Assembly: GCF_009914755.1 (NCBI RefSeq)
Contig: NC_060947.1
Source of the DNA: the human T2T-CHM13v2.0 reference genome, Homo sapiens
Direction: 5' to 3' (one strand)
DNA: 64,000 nt
Shown: positions 27,001 through 44,255 of the stretch, piece by piece
How the letters are laid out: each line of letters opens with the position of its first letter
Position numbering within the stretch: position 1 is the first letter of the stretch
Notes under the pieces: generated by a model
What the model was told of the DNA's origin: nothing
The model's input: the letters and a program-made list of their open reading frames with translations, nothing else
Databases searched by the model: none
Made by a program: the position numbers and the translations under genes

Positions 27001-27655
27001 GAAACCATCATACATTGCTAGGATTGTAACATGGTGCAAGCACTTTGGAAAGGTTTAGCAGTTGTTCAAAAACGTAAACATGGAGTCATCATTTGACCCA
27101 GCAATTCCACTTCTTGGTATACACCCAAGAAAAATGAAAACGTATGTCCACACAAAAACCTGTACAAAAATGTTTATAGCAGCACTATTCACAATATCCC
27201 AAAGGTAGAAACAACCTACATGTCCATCAGTGGAAGAGTAGATAAACAAAATGTGGCATATTCATACAATGGAATATTATTTGGCCCTAAAAAGAATGAA
27301 GTTATACATGCTGCAACATAGATGAAGCTTGAAAACATTATGCTATGTAAAAAAAGCTATTAACAGAAGACTACATATTATATGATACTATTTATATGAA
27401 AGGCTCAGAATAGGCAAACTTACAGAGACAGGAAGTGGACTAGTGATTGCCTGGGGCTGGGGATGTGAGGCTGGAAGGAAATGAAGAAGGAATACTAATG
27501 GGTACAGGGCTTCTTATTGGGAAGATAGAAATATTCTAAAATTGATTGTGGTGATGGTTGCACAATCGTGTGGACACAGTAAAAACAATGAATTGTATGT
27601 ATAAATGGGTGATTTTATGGTATTTGAATTGTATCTCAATAAAGCTGTTTTTTTA
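24050..27655 (+). mobile_element. Old L1M fragments (5'/ORF1-like region, then L1MB-like 3' end ~26720-27655)
   Basis: A-rich coiled-coil-like ORF1 remnant ~25050-25480; L1 3' motifs ending aataaagctg; boundaries approximate. Confidence 0.6.
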
Positions 27656-27879
27656 AAAGCAAGTTGAAGGATAAGATGCCATTTGTGCTAACTGATGGGT
27701 GATTGAGAGTATTAGTTTAGAAACCTTTTGTCAACAGAGCTGACGTTTATATTTACTGAATCCATTACTAATTTAATCAAATAAAATTCACCCTCACTGA
27801 CAGCCTCATTCTGTGAGTGAGTCTGCCTTTCCCCAAGATAGCAGAGCATACAGGGACATTGGTGGTGGCCTAACTCCCC

Positions 27880-28012
27880 ACTTCCCCCCATTGCACAGAT
27901 GGGGAAACTGAGACTCAGGGAAGAGATAGCACATGCTACTTAGTAAGTTAGCAGGAGAGCAGGGACTGGAATGTGAATCTCCTCACCCCTGTCCCAGACT
28001 CTTACCACTGTA
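27880..28012 (+). mobile_element. MIR
   Basis: cccattgcacagatggggaaactgagactcag. Confidence 0.75.
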
Positions 28013-30588
28013 CAACTTGTCATCCACATTCTTATTTCCTTCTCCTTTCCCTTCCTTTCTTTTCCCTCCTCTCCAAAGCAGACCCTATTTTCTCACATAT
28101 TTGCTTCAGCGTTCTTTTTTTTAAAAAAAATCTTCCTTTTCTCTCTCCCTCACTTCCTCTCGCCCTTCCTTCCCTTTTCCTTCCTTTTTTTTTAAAAAAA
28201 AAACAGCGCTACTATTTTCCCAAAGAGTGATTTAAAGCTGGTTCTCTATAGTCGACTGTAATCAGGGTCATACTTTCCCTTCAGTCCAACATCATTCCTC
28301 AAAGTACTGGACACAGCCCCTGGGGCTTGTGTATGGGCATGCCAGGCTGTGAAGAGTGCACATCTGATGGCAGAGGGGGAGGGAAAGGTTGTCCCACAGG
28401 AGTGGAGGTGGAAGTGGGTTGGGCAATTGCCATTCCGTGAAGGTCTGAGGTCCTAGCTGTGGTTTCTTAATCTTCTCCTTTCCTCCTCTCCTCAGTACCA
28501 CTAAGTATCTTTATATTTGAGATTGGCAGTATGTATTTAAATAATTCTGTCTGGAACTTGTACCAAAAACTACTGTTTTTCCCCCTTATTAGTCTATCTT
28601 GTATCTGCAGCCTCTGTTTCTGATTATTTAGGTGACTCATGTCTAGCTGCTGGAATGAAGAAGAGAAGGGGCCTTCTAGAGCAAGCCATGTGAGTAGGGG
28701 GAGTGGATAAATTCATCCATGAGAACCTGAGTCGTGTCTAGCCACCATGTTGATAGTGCCAGGGAGGCAATTGGGGCCCTAGGGAGGGGTCTAGGGAAGA
28801 TATTGTCCCAACAGTAGCATTTTGCACAGCTTGTCGGGGAGGGTGGCCCTTCAGGGAACCAGGTCTGGGCTGGTCGTCCAGTTCTGACTTTCCTGCTGAC
28901 TCTCTGCTTTTCTGAGATCCTCACTTTTCCTTTCACAGTATCTCCAGAACACTAACAAATCAAATTCCTGTATTTCAAACAAAATCATAGCAGCAAATAA
29001 CTCCAGGAGTTCTCTCCTATAGACAAAGTGATTGCTCCTTCTTTCTATCTTTCCCCAATGTTTCTATACAGCTGGTCTATTTCTATAGTCTTGGTAGATA
29101 GCCTAGAGATTGTGTCTTCTCTTCCCTCCTCCTATCTCTTTTCACTTTTTTTCTTCCAACACTTTCACCTGGAGGATGACCAGAGTGAAGGCTATGGCTG
29201 CAGTAGGTCCAGGATGGATGGGAGTGGAATCTTCCAGGGACCTTGCCTTAGTCAAGGGCCAGGGCTGTGCCTGCCTCTCCCCACCTTTACCAACTTTCTT
29301 GGGCACCAGTCAGAGTCCAGCACGTTGACATCACTGGGCACAACTGTCCTTAGTCTCCTCTCTGATGCAAAGAACATATAAGGATTCTAATCTCTACCTT
29401 CTGGGGACTAAGGTCTCAGGCCGAGTGGGGGGCCCTGGCTGGCCAGCTCATGGCTGTTTCAGTGGGTGAGGCACTTGGCATCTGGAATAACCTATGGCAG
29501 TGGGAGTACAGCCTTGAGAAGGCATGGGTCTCATTTTGCTGGCTTGGCACCCATGTGCCTTTTCATACCCAGCAGCCTGGGAAGAAGCCGGGGAAATCCC
29601 TAAGGAAACTACAAGAACTTCAGCAAGGTTACATGGTCAACCTACAAAAATGAAGTGTTATTACATACAACTACAAGTAAAAAATGGGGAATCAAAAGTT
29701 TAAAATATCATTTTAATAGCTCCAAACACATAATATGTATGTATAAATCTAAAAAATCATGTGTAGGATCTATATGCTGAAAATAACAAAATGCTGATTA
29801 AATAAATCAAATACGACCTAAATAATTAACTAATTGATAGAGACACATATCATGTTAGTGGACTGGTAGACCCAACCTAGTGAAGATGTCAATTCTCACT
29901 CTATTGATCTATATATTCAAAGAGATATCCATCAAAATTGCAGCAGGATTTTTGTAAATATAAATAGGCTGATTCCAAAAGTTCATGGAAGGGAAAAGGA
30001 ACTAGAATACCTAAAACAATCACAATATGCTGTTAAACACAGATGCAAAAGTCCCCAGCAAAATACTAGCAAACTGAATTCAACAGCATATTAACAGAAT
30101 TATGCACCATGATCAAGTGGAATTTATCCTGGGGATGCAAAAGCTCCTTAATATTGTTCCTGGCAATGACTTTATGACTGTGACTCCAAAAGCTCAGGCA
30201 ACAAAAGCAAAAATAAACACATGGGAGTTCAATCAAACTGAAAAAGTTTCTGCACAGCAAAGGAAACAATCAATGAGATGGAAAGGGAACCTATGGAATT
30301 GGAGGAAATATTTGCAAACCACATGTCTGATAGAGAGCTAATATCCAAAATATACAAGGAACTCATATAATTCAACAGTAAAAAGAAAACAGAATAGGCA
30401 AAATATCTGAATGGACATTTCTCTGAAGAAGGCCAAGAGGTATATAAAAAAGTGATCAACATCACTAATCATCAGGGAAATGAAAATCAAAACTACAATG
30501 AGATATCATCTTACCTCTTAGAATGGCTATTATCAAAAAGTCAAATGATAAGCATTGGTAAGGATGGGGACGAAAGAACACCCTTGTA

Positions 30589-30865
30589 CAGTAAACTATC
30601 GCAAGAACAAAAAACCAAACACCGCATATTCTCACTCATAGGTGGGAATTGAACAATGAGAACACATGGACACAGGAAGGGGAACATCACACTCTGGGGA
30701 CTGTTGTGGGGTGGGGGGAGGGGGGAGGGATAGCATTGGGAGATATACCTAATGCTAGATGACGAGTTAGTGGGTGCAGCGCACCAGCATGGCACATGTA
30801 TACATATGTAACTAACCTGCACAATGTGCACATGTACCCTAAAACTTAAAGTATAATAAAAAAAA
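30589..30865 (+). mobile_element. Young 5'-truncated L1PA2/3-like 3' end
   Basis: Near-consensus L1 3' UTR with G-tract and poly-A. 16-bp TSD AAAGAACACCCTTGTA (30573-30588, 30866-30881). GAG rather than ACA at the Ta-diagnostic site. Confidence 0.92.
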
Positions 30866-32086
30866 AAAGAACACCCTTGTATACTGGTTGCTGGGAGTGT
30901 CAACTGGCACTGACATTATGGAAAACAGTATGGAAGTTTTTCAGAAAACAAAAAATAACGCCCATGATCCACCAATCCCAGCTCTGGGTAAATATCCAAA
31001 GAAATTAAAATTGGGATCTCAGAGAGACATCTGCACTCCCATGTTCCTTGCAGCATTATTCACAGTAGCAAAGGTATGGAAACAACCTATGTGTCCATCA
31101 GTGGATGGATGAATAAAGAAACTGTTATTATTCAGACATAAAAAACATGAAATCCTGTCATGTGCAGCAACATGGATGAAACTGGAGGACATTATACTAA
31201 GTAAAATAAATCAGGCACAAAAGAACAAATACTGCATGATCTCATTTACATGGGGAATCTAAATAAATCAACCTCATAGAAAGAGAGAGTAGAAAGGTGG
31301 TTGTCAAGGGCTGGAAGTTGGTGGAAATCGAGGAATCCTGGTCAATGTGTACAAAATTTCAGTCATAAGATGAGTAAGTTCTGGAGATCTGATATACAAC
31401 ATGGTTACTATAGTTAATAATAATGTATTATATATACTTGAAATTTGCTAAGAGAGTAGATCTTAAGTGTATTCACCACATGTAAAAAGTAACTATATAG
31501 GCATTTTTATTTGTCAAAAAGTTATAAAAAGCATAATAAATTTGGAAGTTTAGCAGAATTATACCACCTGATTTTAAGATAAGCCTGTAGTAATCAAGAC
31601 CTTGTGGTGTCAGTCAAGGCATGGACACAGATCAATGAAACTGAGTAGAGAGCCCAGAAGTACACCCACATAAGTATGGCCTGTAGAGTTTTACCAAGAC
31701 CTAAAGTAATTCAATTGACAAATGTTGGTCTTTTCAATAAATGATATTGGAACAATTAGATATCCAGGTGTAAAAAATGTATCATAGACCTAAATGTTAA
31801 ATGAAAAAGAACAACATTTTTAAAGAAAGCATTGCAGAAAATCTCATGACCTGGACTAGGCAAAGAGGTCTTGAACATGACAACAAAAGTAGGATTCATA
31901 GAGGAAGCAAATAAATTAGAATTTCTCAAAATTAAAAACTTTCACTCTTAGAAAGACAATAAAAAGTCAAAAAGCCAGCAACGGACAAGAAGTAAATATT
32001 TGCAAATCGTATATCCAACAAAGGATTTGTGTCTAGAATACATAATGAGCTCTCAAAATTTAACAATTAAAAAACACATGACACAG

Positions 32087-32126
32087 TTTTTTTGTTGCTG
32101 TTTGTTGTTTTTGAGACACAGTCTCA

Positions 32127-32180
<54 letters not shown>

Positions 32181-32442
32181 CAGAGTCTTGCTCTGTCACC
32201 CAGGCTGGAGTGGCACAGTCTCGGCTCACTGCAACCTCCGCCTCCCGGGTTCAAGCGATTCTCCTGCCTCAGCCTCCTGAGTATAGGTGCGTGACACCAT
32301 GCCTGACTACCTTTTGTATTTTTTAGTAGAGACGGGGTTTCACCATATTGGTCAGGCTGGTCTCGAATTCCTGACCTCATGATCCACCCGCCTCAGCATC
32401 CCAAAGTGCTGGGATTACAGGCGTGAGCCACCATGCCCGGTC
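32087..32442 (-). mobile_element. Alu (AluS-type) with duplicated 3' end and internal T48
   Basis: Reverse-complement Alu; T-run 32130-32177. Confidence 0.93.
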
Positions 32443-33058
32443 TAACCCAGTTTTGATAAGGGGCAAAATACCTCAATAAGTACTTCACCAAAGTGAGCAT
32501 ATAATAGCAAATAAGCACATAAAAATTGTTTTACATCATTAACCATCAGAAAAATGTCAATTGAAATCAAAATGAGATAACACTACACACATTGGAAAAT
32601 GATTAAAATTAAAAAATTGACATTACTAAGTGCTAGTAAGGATAAAGAACAACTTGAAACTCATACATTACTGTGGGAATGTAAAATGTCATAGCCATTG
32701 CAGAAGATGATTTGGTAATTTCCCAAAAACATACACTTACATGACTCAGCAATGCCAATCCTGGGAGAAATAACAACGTTTGTTCACAAAAAAGCCTACA
32801 CCTGAATTTTTATAAAAGTTCTATTCATATTTGCCCAAAATCTGCAAACAACCCAAATATCCTTCCATGGGTATTGGCTAAACAAGCTGTGCTGCATCTG
32901 AACAATTGTATACTATTTAGCAAAAAAAAGAAAAAAAAAGAAAGAAAAAGAAAGAAAGATACACACAACTTGGATTAAACTCAAAGGCATTTTTGCTGAC
33001 AAGTGTATTCATAATAAAATAGCAAGAAGATCCTCTTGATTATTGCAGTCCTCATTTC

Positions 33059-37172
<4,114 letters not shown>

Positions 37173-37216
37173 TGGCTGGGGAAGAGCCCCCGTGGGAAGG
37201 TGTGTGTCTTCTCCCA

Positions 37217-40200
37217 GAGGCCACTACAATCGCAGGCACTGCAGCTCCCCAGGGAGCACCTGGCCTGGGACCCGCAGCCATTCTCTGCAAGGGGTACAGC
37301 TGGGCGAATACTCAGAGGTGACAGAAACAGAGCATCCCCCACCCATCACTTCATCAAAGAGCCAGGAGCCAAGAGGAGAACCCTCCTGAGTAAGGATTGA
37401 GGGTCCACTCACCCCACATAGAGGGACCACAGAATCCAGTTCAGCCCCTCCTGTCAGCCCTGGAAGACCCTGACAATGTTGTCGCCCCGACCATATCCCT
37501 CCCTCCACTGCCACCTCAGGGGACTCGGAGTCAGTGCTTTGGTCTGAGGGGAGCAGACACCATCCACACAGGATGGGATCCAGGCTCTGCCAGGCATCAA
37601 GGTCAGGACCTTGAGGATGACTGAGAGTGCCCACCCCCTCGACCTCGACCCCCCACCCCCACCCCCATTTCCACCCCCACTCATAGCAGAATCTGCTATG
37701 ACACCAGCAGTCAACCCAAGGAAGCCCCAGGCTTGGTGGCCGGATGTGACGGCTAGGGGGTCAGAGAAGCGAGGGTCTCGGTCTGAGGGGCGGCTTGAGA
37801 TTGGCAGAGGGAAGTGGACCCAGGCTCTGTGAGAAGACAAGGTGAGAGGCTGAGGGAGGACTGAGGACGCCTCCACCCCAGATAGAGGACCCCAAATAAT
37901 TCAGCGTCACCCCTGCTGCCAGCCCTGGACCACCTAGGGGAGTACTTCTCAGTCTGGGCCACCCCCCGGCGCCCTGCCAACCCCCGCCGCTTATGCCACA
38001 GGGGACTCTGGAGTCAGAGCTTGGTGTGACCAAGGCAGGGGTGGTTAGGAGAGGGCAGGGCCCAGGTTCTGCCAGGTTTCAAGGTGAGGACCCTGAGGAA
38101 CGACTGAGGGCCTCCCTCACCCCCAAGCCCACCGTCACCGCCACGACCTACAGCCTCAGGATCCCCATCCCCATCCCCATCTTCACCCCCATCCTCGCCC
38201 CCACCCCTCCTCCATTCCCATTCCCATCCCCACCCCCACCCCGACAGAATCAGGTTTTGCCCCTGCTGTCAACGCAGGGAAGCCCCGGGTGCCCGGATGT
38301 GATGCCACTGATTTGCGCCTCAGGGATCAGAGGGAAGCGAGGGCCTGGTTTTGAGGGGTGGCTTAAGATCGGCGGAGGAAAGCGGGCCCGGGCTGTGTGT
38401 GAAGGAAAGGTGAGGCGTTGAGGGAGGACTAGGGACACCCCGTTGCAACCCAAGATAGAGGACCCTAAAAAATCCAGCACCACCCCTGCTGCCAACCCAG
38501 GACCACCCGGGGGCGGACTTCTCAGGCTGGGCCGCCCCCAACTCTCTGCCACTTAAGCCTCAGGGGACTCTGGAGTCAGAGGTTGGTGTGATCAGGGCAG
38601 GGCTGCCTAGGAGAGGGCAGCAGCCAGGCTCTGCCAGCCATCACGTTCAGGACCCTCAGAGAGGGTTGAGGGCTCCACAGAGCGGGGCTCTGTCCTTGCT
38701 GTCAGCCCTGGGAATTTCCAGGCATGGTGGCCAGGCATGTGGATCCTGGCATGGGCATCCAGGGCTGACGGAGGGAAGGGGCTTCATATCATGAGCACGG
38801 ATTGCGGGGAGCAGAGGGAGGGCCCAGGCCCTGCTGGGAGACAAGGGAGGCCTGAGAGAGGCCCGAGGGCACCCAGGACCCCAGGACAGGGGGCCCACCC
38901 ACCCCCTGTTTGAGACTGAGGTGCCTCCTCATTTGGCCTTGGGAATCTGAGGGATGAAGACTCAGGTCAGCAGGCTGGGGTGGGGCCCAAGCCTGCCAGG
39001 AGTCAAGGGCAGGAAGAAGAGGGAGGACTGACGGGAACTTGGAGTCCAGATCAGTGGGGACCTCGACCCTGGGAGGTCCCAGGCACAGTGGCCACATGTG
39101 GCCTGGACTCGCTGTGCCTTTGGGGTGTCAGGGAGGAGAGGACTGTGGTCTGGGGAGTGGGGCCTCAGGTCAGCAGAGAGAGGAGTCCCAGAGCTCTGAA
39201 GGATGACTCAGAAGACCTTTCTTCCCAGACTTAGGAAACCTGCCCCTACTGTCAGTCCTGGGAGGCCTGGGCAGGACTGTGGGGAAGGGATGCTGTCCCA
39301 CCACTTTCTCCCTGAGGGTATCAGGGACATGGTGGCCTTGGCATACAGTTCAGCAGGAGGGAAAGAGCCGGGCCCTGTCGGGACTCAATCTGAACACCTG
39401 GAAGACACCCAGACAGCGGAGGGCCCCCTGAAACTTGCACCTTCTGTCAGCTTTGGGAATCCCACGCAGGGGTGACCGTGTGGTGCCCCCTCACCTCTAC
39501 CTCCCGGGTCTCAGTGAGGTGGGGGCCTTGGTCTGAGGGGCGTCCTCCGCTCAGCAGAGGTAGCCACACCTGGTCAGCACCGGATAGAGTCCAGGGTCTT
39601 CCAGGAGTGAAGGGGAGGAAGTTTGGTAAGGACTGAAGGTAAGAAGTTACCTCCACATCATAAAGAAGAAGGGAACTTGCAGAGCCGCCCAGCTTCCCCT
39701 GTTCTCAGCCCTGGGAGGCCACAGGCAGGGATGGCATGTGGCATGCTCTCATTTCTGCCATGTGGTTGGAGGTGGGAGGTCTCAGGGAGGTGAGGACCTT
39801 GGTCCCAGTGACACTGACAGGCCAGTAGAGGGAGCCACACCTGGTCAGCAGAGGGAGGAGTCCCAGCATCTGCAGGACCCACGGTGTGCACCTTTCATGA
39901 GGACTGGAGGTACCCCCAGCCCAGAAAGAAGAGACCCCGCAGAGTCTGCTGTCCTTGTTCTTAGCTCTGGGGGGACCTGATCCAGGGTGGCCCTAAGTGG
40001 CAATCTCACTTGTGCCACGGGCAGGAAGTTGGAGAACCCTCAGGGAGATGTGGTCTTGGTGTAAAGGGGAGATGTCTGCTCATCTCAGGGGGCTGAGGGT
40101 TGAGGAACGGCAGGTCCCGGCAGGAGTAAAGATGAATAACCCACAGGAGAACTTTGGAACTTCCACCCCAGAACAGAAGGGGGCAGCCCCTGGTGTCAGC

Positions 40201-41399
40201 CCTGGACACCCCATGGAGGGGTGACGGGATGTGAGTCCTCCTCATGTCGGCTTTGGGATCTCAGGGAGGTGAGGACCTAGTTCTCAGTGGGTTACTCAGG
40301 CCAACACAGGGACCCCCATCTGATTAACAGACAGAGCGGACCCAGGATCTGCTAAGACCCCAGGTGAGGAACCTGAGGGAGGATTAAGGGTACCGCTGGA
40401 CCAGAAGGCAGATGGAGGCCCCACAGAAATCTGCCTTGCCCCTGCTGTTTCCGCAGAGAGCATGGCCAGAGCTGTCAGTTGAGGCCCCCTCTCTTATACC
40501 AGGATCAGTGGTCTCAGGGAGGGGGAGGCCTTGGTTGGAGGGGCTGCATTTAGGTCAGAGGGAGGGTCCCAGGCTCAGCCAGGAGTCAAGGTGAGGACTA
40601 AGTGGACCCCACACGGCGAATGCACATGACCCAGCCCTGCCCTGCCTTTTCTGTCAGGCATGGGAAACTGCAGGGAACAGTGGGTGGATGGAATCCCCTC
40701 ACTTCCTTTACTGGTGTCTCTTGGAGATAGGGATTTGATTTAAGGTGGTGGCCTCAGGTAAACAGGGAGAGTCCCAGGATCTGCAGGCATCAAGATGTGG
40801 ACCAAGCAGGTTCCTCATCTCAGGACACATGGACCCAGCTGAATATGGCCACCTCTTACTGTCCTTGCCTGGAAGCCCTGAGCAGGTGTGGCCAGATGTG
40901 GGTCCCCTCATGTCCTTCTGTTCCATATCAGGGATATGAGCTCTTGATCTGAGAGTTTCTCAGGCCAGCAAAGGGGCAGGATTCAGGCCCTGCTAGGAGA
41001 AACGTGAAGGTCCTGAGTGAGCATAGAAGGGGCCATCTATGCAAAAGAGTGAGGGAACTGACAGAGTCCAGCCCACCCTCCTGACAGCACTCGGGGGACT
41101 GAGGCTGTGCTTGCAGCCTGCACCCTGAGGGCCCCTTGATCCCTCTTCCAGGAGCTCCAGGAACTTGGAGGTGAGGCTTTAGTCTGAGTCAGTGTCCTCA
41201 AGCCACAGAGCAGAGGAGACCCAGGCAGTGCCAGCAGTCAAGGTGAGGTGTTCACCCTGAATGTATACCAAGGGTCCCACCCACCCATAATGGATGGGAC
41301 CCCAGAGCGCCCAGCCCCACCTGCCCTACCCTCAGCCTTGGGGCCTTGGCCTCTGCTGGCTGGCTGTAACCTGAGAAGCTGTGTCACTTCTTTCTTCAG
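37217..41399 (+). promoter_or_regulatory. MAGE-A pseudogene 5' region with repeated promoter/first-exon modules
   Basis: Homologous to 56667-59194. Ets-like CCGGATGTGA at 37740 and ~38293, each followed by AAG|GTGAG donors (GT at 37842, 38410). ~560-bp tandem module. Confidence 0.75.
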
Positions 41400-41473
41400 A
41401 TTCTCAGGGGACAGGCTGACCAGGAGGACAGGAGCCCCAGGAGGCCCCAGAGGAGCACTGAAGGAGAAGATCC
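41400..41473 (+). other. MAGE-A pseudogene non-coding penultimate exon
   Basis: ttcag|ATTCTCAGGGGACAGG...GAAGATCC|gtaagt, homologous to MAGEA6 exon 2. Confidence 0.8.
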
Positions 41474-41616
41474 GTAAGTAGGCCTTTGTTAGAGCCTCCT
41501 CCAAAGTCTGGTTCTTAGCTGAGGCCTCTCACACGCTCCCTCTCTCCCCAGGCCTGTGCATCCCCATTACCCAGCTCCTGCCCACACTCCCGCTTGCTGC
41601 CTTGACCAGAGTCATC

Positions 41617-42541
41617 ATGCCTCTTGGACAGAGGAGTCAGCACTACATGCCTGAGGAAGGCCTTGAGGCCCAAGGAGAGGTCCCTGGCCTGGTGGGTGGG
41701 CAGGGTCCTGTGCCTGAGGAGGAGGAGGCTGCCTCTTCCTCCTCTAGTCTGATCATGGGCACCCTGGAGGAGTTGTGTGCTGCTGAGGCACTGAGTCCTC
41801 CCCAGAGTATGCAGGGAGCCTCCTCCTCCCCCACTACCATCGATAACACTCTATGGAACCAATCCGATGAGGGCTCCAGCAGCCAAGAAAAGGAGGAGCC
41901 AATCACCTTGCCCATCCCAAGTGTCATGGAGTCCTTCCTCCGAGAGGCACTCTGACAAGGTGTCTGATTTAGTTAGTGTCCTGCTCCACAAGTTTCGAAT
42001 TAAGGAGTCAGTCACAAAGGCAGAAATGGTGGATAGTGTCATCAAAAATCACGAAGACTACTTCGCTTTCATTTTCAAGGAATCCTCCGAGTACATGCAG
42101 CTGATCTTTGGCATCGACGTGAAGGAAGTGGTCCCCACCGGCCATTCCTATGTCCTTGTCACCTCTCTGGGCCTCTCCTATGATGGCATGCTGGTTGATG
42201 ACCCGAGCAAGCCCAAGACGGGCCTCCTAATAATTGTCCTGTGTGTGATCTTCACGGAGGGCAACTGCGCCCCAGAGGAGGTTATGTGGGAAGCCCTGAA
42301 TGTGATAGAGGTGTATGCTGGGAGGGAGCACTTCATCTATGGGGAGCCCAGGAAGCTGCTCACCCGGGATTGGGTGCAGGAAAATTACCTGGAGTACTGG
42401 CAGGTGCCCAGAAGTGATCCTGCATGCTATGAGGAAGAGAGAGTTTCAGCAGGCGATGCAGCCAGGGCCAGTGGAGGGTGGGGTGGACTAGTGCACGTTC
42501 CAGGGCTACATCCAGCAGCTTCCCCACCCTGTGTGACATGA
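41617..42541 (+). pseudogene. Unprocessed MAGE-A pseudogene coding remnant
   Basis: MPLGQRSQHYMPEEGLEAQGE...; frameshift at ~41952 gives TGA at 41953-55. The MAGE homology domain continues in another frame ([26 protein letters not shown]). 126-bp deletion after CYE relative to MAGEA6. Acceptor cccag| at 41551/41552. Confidence 0.92.
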
Positions 42542-43506
42542 GGCCCATTCTTCACTCTAAAGAGAGCAGTCAGCGTTCTCACTAGTGAAAGGCACGGTGG
42601 GTGGAAGGGAACTCAGTGTATAATGTCTTTGTGTTCTGTTCTATTTGGATGAGTTTGCTATTTTGTAAAACATATTGGGAAGCCCTTCATCTGGTTTTGC
42701 GGTTTGGAACAAGATGCCATGGCATTGGAATAGGTGTTTCCTTGGAGAATGAAATACATTAGCAAAAAAATTGATGGGGTCATGAAACAGAGAAATAAAA
42801 GGAAAAGATAGGCTGCTCTGCCCGTAGAGTAGCTATTCTTTTATTTACTTTCTTAATAAACTTGCTCTCACTTTACTCTATGGATTCACCTCGAATTCTT
42901 TCTTGCACGAGCTCCAAGAACCCTCTTTTGGAGTCTGCACTGGGACCCCATTCCAGTAACATCTTTCCGGTGAACCCTGAAGGGACAATACTGAGGAAAC
43001 CCCCTGACCCAAAGGAAATAGACGGCAGCACTGACTGGCAGACTTTGGAGTCAGGAAAACTTTTCTTCTGGGCTATTGACAGCTTTTAACAATTCAGTAA
43101 AGTATACTTCTGTGAACAAAATTCAGAGCATATTTGTTTCTCTCTACCTAATTTCTCTAGAATTTGGAAACTGCTTGTGAATATTCTTAACTTATAGCAA
43201 TATAGTTATTTGCATAAGTGCAATAAGAATCTGTTTTCTTTTGCAACAAGACACAATTGGAGAAACTGGTTATTTTACCAAGGCTTTGACTGGAATGGTG
43301 TTCTTTCCTTTAAGGGATCAAACTTGACTTATAGAGCCAATAAAAACCCCTTGGGAAAACTAGCCTCATAACTTGTCTACACAGTCCCTGTGCAGGGTTA
43401 CTGACCTGTGGTAAGTAAAGAATGTCATTATCTGACAGGCCCAGGAGCCCCAAGTTATCTTGGGACCTCAAGAGGAGAGGATTTTACCCAACTCAGAGGT
43501 ATTTGA

Positions 43507-44255
<749 letters not shown>

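Larger units (their letters stand above)
29620..33000 (+). mobile_element. Nested old L1 fragments (L1MA/L1MC-like)
   Basis: Degraded ORF2 and 3' UTR motifs, interrupted by a young L1 and an Alu. Confidence 0.65.

Noticed and set aside
37224-41504. Many 60-140 aa Pro/Gly-rich ORFs on both strands (also 56800-59250)
   Set aside because: Expected in GC-rich MAGE promoter/intron modules; no recognisable domain, and frames do not appear conserved between the two paralogous units.
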